DNA of 59,589 bases from a virus. A program made the translations under genes and the position numbers. The notes below the pieces were generated by a model. That model saw nothing but the letters and a program-made list of their open reading frames with translations, was not told the DNA's origin and ran no database searches. Each line of letters begins with the position of its first letter. Positions within the stretch are counted from its first letter, which is position 1. The stretch is taken from the IMG/VR virus record IMGVR_UViG_3300044463_000021, positions 1-59,589 of that record; one strand, 5' to 3'. Shown here piece by piece: positions 47,410-54,346 of this stretch.

Positions 47410-47612
47410 GATTCCTCCGTCGATGTTCCGTTCTGGGGTGGCGGGTTCCGCCTGACGTAGCGTTCCAGGCTCTTCCTGATCACCTCGGACAGGTTGTCGC
47501 CGCGGCGCTCCGCAGCTGCCTTCGCTGCATCCCAGGTTTTGTCCGGAATGCGGATGGTCCGCTGGGGTGTCTTAGGAGCGTTCGGCACGTGCGGCAGTAT
47601 GTCAGGTGTCAT
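47406..47612 (-). CDS. Ribbon-helix-helix (CopG/Arc-like) DNA-binding protein (68 aa).
   Basis: RTIRIPDKTWDAAKAAAERRGDNLSEVIRKSLERYV. The start codon sits inside a GGTGTCATGACAGG site. Confidence 0.6.
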   Translation of the reverse strand: MTPDILPHVPNAPKTPQRTIRIPDKTWDAAKAAAERRGDNLSEVIRKSLERYVRRNPPPQNGTSTEES

Positions 47613-48922
47613 GACAGGTCCATCTCCGGGCCGAACAGTTCGCCCTGGCCTTCGACCTCTGATGGTGGCTTGGCCACGCCAAGTGCCTTAGCGATCTCGC
47701 CCGGGTCGGTGGTGCGCCAGCGGGCGATGCGGCAGTAGTCGGCGGACATGTCGACGCTGATGCCGATACGGCCATAGGCCCTGGCGACGAGGGCCGTCGT
47801 TCCAGTTCCTCCGAATGGGTCAAGGACAACTGCTGGTCGCGTCGGCGCAGTCGGCGCAGGGCATGCGCAGGCCTCGCCCGCCCGAGAGACCATCGATGAG
47901 CCCCGTGGCTTGTCACGCCAGTTGTTGCCCGCGTAGTGCTTGTCCCGTTTGAAGGCGGTGTCTGGGCTGCAGTCGTCCTGGATGGCGAAGTCGCGGTTGT
48001 AGGTCGGCCGCCGGGGCTCATCGCACTCGGTGCAGTAACCGCTGGGCGACCAGCCCCTGATCAGGCGCCGCGGCCACTCCATGGGGAACGCCGCAAAGTG
48101 GTCTACACCCAGCTCAGCTGGCACCTTAAGCGGCTCGCTGGCGATGGCCCAGACCGAGCCGGGCAGCTTGCCGAGGGGGTTGAAGGCAAGGGGCACGCCA
48201 GGGTGGCCGACCGCGCCGAGGCGGGACGAGCGGCGCGCGGCGTCCTTGGCGCTGACGCGACCGGCAAGGTCGGAGGGCCGCAGGTTGCGCGGATCGCTGG
48301 GCTCGCGGATTTCGTCTACGGAGGCGAAGTAACGCGGGCCCATCGTGAGGTGGACCCAGTCCTCGTGTGACCTGCGCACTCGGTCGGTGACCGACTCGGG
48401 CAGCGCGTTGAGCTTCTCCCACACCATGACCGCACGGACGGTAAGCCCGAGGTCGTCGAGGCAGGCGATGCGGTACCGCTCGGGCATAAGCAGCAGCGAC
48501 TTGCGGGGGTAGCCGAGGTCGGAACGGTCCAACGGGGACCGACCAGCACGGCGCGCAGTCCGGCCGAGGTTCTTGGCGTCAACGGTCGTCTTGCCCGGCG
48601 CACCCCTGCCGCTGTAGTACGAGTCACCAAGGTCCACAAACATCGACCCGGTCGGCTTTAACACCCGCATCCACTCGCGGGTGCAGGCTAGAAGCGCGGC
48701 GGTGAACTCTGCCGGGGTCTCCTCGCTGCCGATCTGACCGTCATAGTGCTCGCCTCCGTCCGTGTATGACCGAAGCCCGAAGTACGGCGGCGATGTCACG
48801 ATCAGGTCGACGCTGCAATCCGCTAGCGGAAGCGCTCTGGCATCCGCGCGGAGTATCAGCGCGGATCCAGCAGATTGAGCGTTTGTCCTGCATGAAAGGT
48901 TCTCGACCGCAGCGGGTGTCAT
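47609..48922 (-). CDS. DNA methyltransferase, N6-adenine or N4-cytosine class (437 aa).
   Basis: DLIVTSPPYFGLRSY (the D/SPPY motif). VVLDPFGGTGTTALVA (FxGxG). No adjacent restriction endonuclease was seen. Confidence 0.85.
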   Translation of the reverse strand: MTPAAVENLSCRTNAQSAGSALILRADARALPLADCSVDLIVTSPPYFGLRSYTDGGEHYDGQIGSEETPAEFTAALLACTREWMRVLKPTGSMFVDLGDSYYSGRGAPGKTTVDAKNLGRTARRAGRSPLDRSDLGYPRKSLLLMPERYRIACLDDLGLTVRAVMVWEKLNALPESVTDRVRRSHEDWVHLTMGPRYFASVDEIREPSDPRNLRPSDLAGRVSAKDAARRSSRLGAVGHPGVPLAFNPLGKLPGSVWAIASEPLKVPAELGVDHFAAFPMEWPRRLIRGWSPSGYCTECDEPRRPTYNRDFAIQDDCSPDTAFKRDKHYAGNNWRDKPRGSSMVSRAGEACACPAPTAPTRPAVVLDPFGGTGTTALVARAYGRIGISVDMSADYCRIARWRTTDPGEIAKALGVAKPPSEVEGQGELFGPEMDLS

Positions 48923-48998
48923 GACACCATCTTACCACCGTGTCATGACACCGGATGCAGGATTTGTCATGACACCAAAAGGGTGATCTGTCATGACA
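48915..48998. promoter_or_regulatory. Four palindromic (G)GTGTCATGACAC(C) sites phased exactly 24 bp apart, between the methyltransferase start and the transposase start.
   Basis: Dyad centres lie at 48921.5, 48945.5, 48969.5 and 48993.5. Site 1 is a perfect 14-bp palindrome that includes the methyltransferase ATG. Confidence 0.8.
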
Positions 48999-50097
48999 CA
49001 CTTAGTTGGGTGAGCCATCCGAACAGTCCGCTGACCTTCGAGGGAAAACGTCGGCTGTGCCAGCGGGTGGACTCGGGCAGGCCTATCGCGCACATCGCTG
49101 CCGAGGCCGGTATCAGCCGGGCCACACTGGCGAAGTGGTACGGCCGGTGGGTCGAGCTTGGCGAGGCCGGGCTGGTCGAGAAGTCGTCCCGGCCGCAGCG
49201 GTCACCGGCCGCGATCGGCGACGACATCGTGGACGCCATCCTGGATCTGCGCCGGGCCGAGAAGTGGGGCAACGCCCGCATCGCCGCACATCTGGCCGAG
49301 GTGGGCATCGAGGTGTCCGCCTCGACCGTGCAGCGCACCCTGAAGCGCCACGATCTGTCGCGGGTGCGGGACATGGACCCGCCCACCGGTGAGCCGATGC
49401 GGGTCGTGCGCTACGAGCACGCCAACGCCGGCGACATGGTCCACGTCGACATCAAGAAGGTCGGCCGGATCCCGAAGGGCGGCGGCTGGGCCGTCCACGA
49501 GCGCGGCACCGACGCGGCCCGGGCGTCCAAACGCAAGGGCAAAGGGACCGGGAAGGTCGGCTACGCCTACGTGCACTCCGCGGTCGACGACTACTCCAGG
49601 CTTGCCTACAGCGAGGTCCTGGGCGACGAAAAGGGCGTCACCGCGGCCGGGTTCTGGCAGCGGTCCTCGGTGTTCTTCGGCGGCTACGGGCTCACCCGCC
49701 TGCACCGGTGCCTGACCGACAACGGCTCCTGCTACCGGTCCCGGATATGGTCCGCGGCGTTGGCTGTCACGAGCACGGCACACAAGCGGACCAGGCCCTA
49801 CACGCCTCGTACGAACGGCAAGGTGGAGCGGTACAACGGGACGCTGCTACGCGAGTGGCTACGGCGGCGGCCGTACGACTCCGAAGAGGACCGCACGGCC
49901 GCGTTGGTCGAGTTCCTGAACTACTACAACCACGAGCGCCGTCACTCGGCGCTGGACTGGCAACCGCCCGTTTCGCGTACCCCGGCCCGTGGTGAGTTCA
50001 TCGTGCCCGAGCCGCTACCCGAGACGGTGGAGATCACGGAAGCTCAGATGTCCATCTTCGATCTGCTGGGCTGGCCCGTGTAAACAACGTCATGAAC
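48989..50097 (+). mobile_element. Possible IS481-family element; boundaries unresolved.
   Basis: The transposase gene is bracketed by TGTCATGACAC (48989) and GTCATGAAC (50089). No convincing long terminal inverted repeats or target duplication were seen. Confidence 0.3.
49010..50083 (+). CDS. IS481-family DDE transposase / rve integrase-core protein (357 aa from GTG 49010; the track ORF starts at 48983).
   Basis: N-terminal HTH HPNSPLTFEGKRRLCQRV...IAAEAGISRATLAKWYGRW. DDE-type motifs MVHVDIKKVGRI, CLTDNGSCYRS and RPYTPRTNGKVERYNGTL. Confidence 0.85.
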   Translation: MSHPNSPLTFEGKRRLCQRVDSGRPIAHIAAEAGISRATLAKWYGRWVELGEAGLVEKSSRPQRSPAAIGDDIVDAILDLRRAEKWGNARIAAHLAEVGIEVSASTVQRTLKRHDLSRVRDMDPPTGEPMRVVRYEHANAGDMVHVDIKKVGRIPKGGGWAVHERGTDAARASKRKGKGTGKVGYAYVHSAVDDYSRLAYSEVLGDEKGVTAAGFWQRSSVFFGGYGLTRLHRCLTDNGSCYRSRIWSAALAVTSTAHKRTRPYTPRTNGKVERYNGTLLREWLRRRPYDSEEDRTAALVEFLNYYNHERRHSALDWQPPVSRTPARGEFIVPEPLPETVEITEAQMSIFDLLGWPV

Positions 50098-50205
50098 TAC
50101 TACACCTAGGCGACGACACCCTAGGCAATGCACAGCTGTGGTCACTGCGGGAGGCCATCCGCGCGGAGATGCGCGCCGAGGGAATGACGGATTGAAACTG
50201 CGAAC

Positions 50206-50250
50206 AGGCCCGGTCCATCGTGGACCGGGCCTTTCACTTTTCGATCTTTT
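50206..50250 (+). terminator. Rho-independent terminator.
   Basis: AGGCCCGGTCCA (50206-17) pairs with TGGACCGGGCCT (50221-32), followed by TTCACTTTTCGATCTTTT. Confidence 0.8.
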
Positions 50251-50307
50251 CCGCGAAGGTGTCGGCTCTCAGCACATACCGAGCGTTCGATCTACCAGAG
50301 TCCTACC

Positions 50308-51024
50308 GTGGCAGCTATGACCCTTACAGACATTGAGGTCGACCTCGACCGGGCAGCCGCCCACACGCAGGCGCCCACGGTGTCGACCTGGCTCGACCAG
50401 CCCAAACTTGTTGCCGGCGTCATCGCAGCGCTGGGCGTGGTGGCCATCGCCGCCGCAGCCATCGTCGTCCCCGCGGTCACCGGCAAGCCCGCGCAGGTCG
50501 CCGCAGCCCCGGCGGCACCAGCCTGCATCGAGGCCGCTGGAGTCGCTCCGCTGCCCGCATTCGCGATCACGGAGCCGACCGCCGGTGATATCCCCGCCTA
50601 CCACGACACCGGCATGTGGACGTGGCGGCAGACGCTGCTGCTGCCCGCCGACGTCGGCGCACAGGCCGGCCGGCGGCTGGTGCAGCTGCAAACCGGCAGC
50701 ACGACCGCGGCGACGGTAGATGTGCAGACCGCAGGTGACCAACTTCTCGCGCTGAAGACGGCCGGACGGGAGTTGACGGTGCAATACCCGGCCGCAACGT
50801 TCGGCGGGTGGGTGGAGCTGCGGGTGTCGTCTACGGACCACCCCGATGGTGACCTGCTCGCCATGTCGATCGTCACCGCATCCGGCCGGACAGGGCAGGT
50901 GCTCAAGCTGCCAGTCGATGCGCACAGTGCGCTGACCGGGTTCGTGTTGAGCACCCCACTCGGCTCGTCGGCGGACGTCCAGTACGGTCCGCCGACGATG
51001 ACGACCAGTCAGGCTGGCTGCTAG
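50308..51024 (+). CDS. Single-pass membrane-anchored protein (238 aa).
   Basis: TM segment LVAGVIAALGVVAIAAAAIVVPAV followed by an extracytoplasmic domain. The gene is convergent with the lysis-cassette beta-helix gene. Confidence 0.55.
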   Translation: MAAMTLTDIEVDLDRAAAHTQAPTVSTWLDQPKLVAGVIAALGVVAIAAAAIVVPAVTGKPAQVAAAPAAPACIEAAGVAPLPAFAITEPTAGDIPAYHDTGMWTWRQTLLLPADVGAQAGRRLVQLQTGSTTAATVDVQTAGDQLLALKTAGRELTVQYPAATFGGWVELRVSSTDHPDGDLLAMSIVTASGRTGQVLKLPVDAHSALTGFVLSTPLGSSADVQYGPPTMTTSQAGC

Positions 51025-51037
51025 CCAACCGCTGCGG

Positions 51038-52144
51038 CTAGCAGCGGCAGCTGGGGTCGAATGGCACCTGAACGTTGCCCGACCACACGTTGCCGTCCCG
51101 GTCGCCCATCCAGTTCGCCACCATGCCGTACTCCCACGACCCGAAGACGTTGTTCAGGATGCGCGTGTTGTGGATGTCGTACGGCTTGTCGCCGTTCAGG
51201 TAGAAGAACCCGATCCCACTGCCGGCGTCCGTGCTGATGTGGCTGTTCTGAATCGTGACGTCGTCGATGAGACTGTTCGCTGCGTAGAAGCTGATCCCGT
51301 TTGAGCATGCGTACTGGTTGCTCTCACACCGTAGCCGGGAGTGGTCGATGAACACGCCAGTCCCGCCGTGTGTGCTCGCGGCTGTCTGGTGCGCCTCCAC
51401 CTGTGTCCGGAAGCCATGCGCGTAGCTGTCGACGATCCGGACGTTGGTACTCAGGCCGAAACCCCTGTAGCCGCCGTGAATGTGACAGCGCAGGCAGCTG
51501 TAGTTGTCGGTGCCGATCGCGGCCAGCTGATCCGTTCCTCCGGCCTCGCCTCGGATCTCGACGTCGGTCAGCTGCAAACCGCGAAGCTGGTTGTTGCCGT
51601 TGACGCCCTGGACGGTGCCAACTACCAGTGACCGTGTGATCCGGATGTTGTCGGCAGCGATGACGACAGTGTCGAATCGGCACCGGTCGTACACGGCATT
51701 GGCGGTCTCCAGACGCGTCGGGCAGGCCGTGAGCGAGGCCTCGGTTACTCCGGTGTGCAAGAACCCGGTGCATCCGCCGTCCGGGAATGCGGGCAGCGGC
51801 GGGCACACGGAGGGCCCTGGGATCGTCGGGCTCGGTGTGGGTGACGTCGTAGGGCTGACGCTCGGAGACGGGCTCAGCGACGGGCTGGGACTGGTAGACG
51901 GGGACGGTGACGCCGTGGGCGGGGCGAACACGTCCCGGCACGTCTGCAGCCACGCCCGCCGCGTGGCGTTGAGCGGGCGGCCGTCGGCCAGCCGGGACAC
52001 ACACGCCCGGTACAGCACAGCCTGATCGTCCAGCGGTGCCACAGCGTTGGCCGGGGCCATGGCTGTCGAGAACGCCCCGAAGACACCCGCCAGTAGCATC
52101 AGTGCGGCGGTGACGGAGATTGCTGGTCGCCATTTCAGCGGCAT
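51038..52144 (-). CDS. Secreted parallel beta-helix (pectate-lyase fold) protein with a Sec signal peptide and a Ser/Pro linker (368 aa).
   Basis: Signal peptide MPLKWRPAISVTAALMLLAGVFGAFSTAMAPANA/VAP. Linker TASPSPSTSPSPSLSPSPSVSPTTSPTPSP. Beta-helix-type repeats NIRITRSLVVG, LTDVEIRG, NVRIVDSYAHG, DVTIQNSHIS and NTRILNNVF. Confidence 0.65.
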   Translation of the reverse strand: MPLKWRPAISVTAALMLLAGVFGAFSTAMAPANAVAPLDDQAVLYRACVSRLADGRPLNATRRAWLQTCRDVFAPPTASPSPSTSPSPSLSPSPSVSPTTSPTPSPTIPGPSVCPPLPAFPDGGCTGFLHTGVTEASLTACPTRLETANAVYDRCRFDTVVIAADNIRITRSLVVGTVQGVNGNNQLRGLQLTDVEIRGEAGGTDQLAAIGTDNYSCLRCHIHGGYRGFGLSTNVRIVDSYAHGFRTQVEAHQTAASTHGGTGVFIDHSRLRCESNQYACSNGISFYAANSLIDDVTIQNSHISTDAGSGIGFFYLNGDKPYDIHNTRILNNVFGSWEYGMVANWMGDRDGNVWSGNVQVPFDPSCRC

Positions 52145-52173
52145 GACTGTTGCGCTCCTTCAGGGGTTTGGGT

Positions 52174-52416
52174 TCAGCGAATGCTGCGCGGTGCCTGGGT
52201 TTCGACGAGGCTGGCCGAGTTTTGCGGGCCGATGCCCAGCGACAGAAGCGAGGTGAGCAGCGACAGGAGCGCGGCCAGTGCGCCCACCGACGCGGCGGTG
52301 TTCCAGTCGATGTCGAGTAGGCCGAGGCCGTCGCCGGACATCAGCGCGATCTCCGCTTGGGCGAACGTTTTGATGGCACGCTCAAGCGTGCCCTTCCAAA
52401 ATCGGGCAGTCCACAT
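52174..52416 (-). CDS. Holin (80 aa).
   Basis: ATG at 52416 after the RBS GAGGAGG. MWTARFWKGTLERAIKTFAQAEIALM... plus a C-terminal TM segment, ASVGALAALLSLLTSLLSLGI. It lies next to the lysin gene. Confidence 0.6.
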   Translation of the reverse strand: MWTARFWKGTLERAIKTFAQAEIALMSGDGLGLLDIDWNTAASVGALAALLSLLTSLLSLGIGPQNSASLVETQAPRSIR

Positions 52417-52453
52417 TGGCCCCTCCTCAGGGGTTTGATTTCGGACAGAAGGT

Positions 52454-52849
52454 CTAGGGCCGGGCTGCGGCCAGCGCCCGGTCAATCTGCGCCACGAAAG
52501 CCTCCGACCCTGGCACACGCTCCAAGAAAGGGCGCAGCTCCGACAGAAGCCGCTCCATCGAGCGCATCCTGTCGTTGGCCTGATACGCCATCTCCTCAGC
52601 CGCATCCGCGCGCTGCTCGGCTGCCCTCGCCGCGTCCTTGCACGAGCGGGCCTCCTCGCGGGTGATCTGCGCATCGGTGCGCTGCTGACGCAGCAGTCCC
52701 TCGTACGCCGCGTAGATCTCACCGTGTGCACGGTTGGTGATCTCCTGCACCTGCGCGCGGTTCTGCCTGCGCCCCAGCCACCCCGTGATGAGGATGCCGC
52801 CGACGGTGGACGCGAACCCGATGGCGGCGACGAGCATCGCCGCGTTCAC
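52454..52849 (-). CDS. Lysis-cassette membrane protein (131 aa) with an N-terminal TM anchor and a coiled coil.
   Basis: MNAAMLVAAIGFASTVGGILITGWLG followed by a long helical region. Confidence 0.5.
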   Translation of the reverse strand: MNAAMLVAAIGFASTVGGILITGWLGRRQNRAQVQEITNRAHGEIYAAYEGLLRQQRTDAQITREEARSCKDAARAAEQRADAAEEMAYQANDRMRSMERLLSELRPFLERVPGSEAFVAQIDRALAAARP

Positions 52850-52854
52850 GGTGC

Positions 52855-53862
52855 TCAGCTCGCGATCTCGGCGACTACCGCGTCAGCGATCGCGTCGGCG
52901 GTCGGTGGCGTTGGAGGCTGGGGCAGCAGCAGCGCGAGCGCAGCGGCAAGCGCAGCAACGTCGACCGGTGCCGGGTCCGCCAACTCCAACTCGGCAATGT
53001 CACGGCCGTAGGTGGAGATGTTCGTCGAAGTTCCGTCGTGGGGCACGCCGACGTCGGTCCAGCCCTTCCGCTCGGCCTCGGTCAACGCGCGGCGCAGGAT
53101 GCCATCGCCAATCCACGACTGGCCCTGCGCATCCTTTGCTGTCCTCTGCATGTTTTCGTCTCCGATCGGGGTGGGGCGAAGAAGTGACTTGAGTTGCGGG
53201 AGGGTGCCGCGGAACGCGTTGGCGTCGCAGCCCGGCTGGTTGCCGATGATGGTTTGCGAGCCGTACTGCCAGATGGTCGGCATCCGCCCGGAGTAGGCGA
53301 CCCAGCCGGGGCCGGTGTCGCCGCCGCGCACCCCGTAGGCGGTGGTGAACCGCAGAACCGGGTTGGTGCCGTAGTTCGCATTCCACAGCAGGTGGCTCGT
53401 GCCGGTCAGTTCATTGCCGTACTGCCCGCGGGATGCGTAGATGACCGCCCGCCTACCGGTGCGCTGCTCGACCAGATCGGCGAACGCCTCACCCACGCTG
53501 GCCGGCACCGCATCGTAGGACCACTTCTCCAGATCCACCTGCAGGAACCAGTCCAGCCAGGTGCGCCACCACGGCGTTTGACTGTCCAGGTAGGACAGGA
53601 AATGGTTGACCTGAGTCGCGACGCTCGGCGAGGAGCGCACCACGTGATACGCGCCCAACACCGGAATCCCCGCATCGCGTGCCCGGCGCAACGCCTCCCC
53701 ATAGTGCGAATGTGTCGTACCGCCACCCTCGCTGGCCTTGTGGGTGAAGAACTGGATGCCGTCACGGGCAGCGGCAGCCAGGTCCATAGGACCGCGGTCC
53801 CAATCGAAGTTACTCGCATCCCACCCGTACACGTTGGGAATACTCGGATCGTCGGCCATCAC
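52855..53862 (-). CDS. lysA: Endolysin, GH25 muramidase-like N-terminal domain (335 aa).
   Basis: YGWDASNFDWDRGPMDLAAAARDGIQFFTHKASEG...GAYHVV...LQVDLEKW. Confidence 0.75.
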   Translation of the reverse strand: MMADDPSIPNVYGWDASNFDWDRGPMDLAAAARDGIQFFTHKASEGGGTTHSHYGEALRRARDAGIPVLGAYHVVRSSPSVATQVNHFLSYLDSQTPWWRTWLDWFLQVDLEKWSYDAVPASVGEAFADLVEQRTGRRAVIYASRGQYGNELTGTSHLLWNANYGTNPVLRFTTAYGVRGGDTGPGWVAYSGRMPTIWQYGSQTIIGNQPGCDANAFRGTLPQLKSLLRPTPIGDENMQRTAKDAQGQSWIGDGILRRALTEAERKGWTDVGVPHDGTSTNISTYGRDIAELELADPAPVDVAALAAALALLLPQPPTPPTADAIADAVVAEIAS

Positions 53863-54335
53863 ACCACCTTCATCAGTTTAAGGTAGCTGCCAGCCAGAAC
53901 GCTGGTGTCGGACGCGTTCGCCGTGTTCTGCGCCCACTGCAGCTGCAGCGTGCCTGCAGTCGACGACACCACCACCGTTCCGTCAAAAAATAGCGACGTT
54001 TGCCCGCCCTCAACTGTTGTCGTCGACGTCTGGTCGAGGTCGAAGTTTTGCAGCGTCGTAGCGCCAGCCGTGATGGTGGTGACGTTGTAGTTCATCGTCA
54101 GCCCGACCGGGAAGGTAAACAGGCACTTCCAGTCAGGCGTAGCGCCGCTGCTGATACGCAGCCGCATCTCCAGCTGATATTCGGTGTTAGCGGCCACCGG
54201 AAGGAACAGCTGGTCATCGTTTTGCAGCGTGTTGTCGTTGTTGAGCGTTTCGGTGCTCGTCTTGCGCTTCCACAGCGGTAGCAGATCCTCCAACTGTGCA
54301 GCCGTCAGCCGCTGACCGGAAACGAATGTCGCCAC
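53859..54335 (-). CDS. Minor tail or receptor-binding-like beta-sandwich protein (158 aa).
   Basis: It is the last tail gene before the lysis genes, with T/N/Q/S-rich beta composition. Confidence 0.45.
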   Translation of the reverse strand: MATFVSGQRLTAAQLEDLLPLWKRKTSTETLNNDNTLQNDDQLFLPVAANTEYQLEMRLRISSGATPDWKCLFTFPVGLTMNYNVTTITAGATTLQNFDLDQTSTTTVEGGQTSLFFDGTVVVSSTAGTLQLQWAQNTANASDTSVLAGSYLKLMKVV

Positions 54336-54346
54336 AGCACCACCTC

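Noticed and set aside
51790-51900. Repetitive GC-rich DNA, considered as a possible non-coding repeat element.
   Set aside because: It encodes the Ser/Pro-rich interdomain linker (SPSPSTSPSPSLSPSPSVSPTTSPTPSP) of the secreted beta-helix protein.
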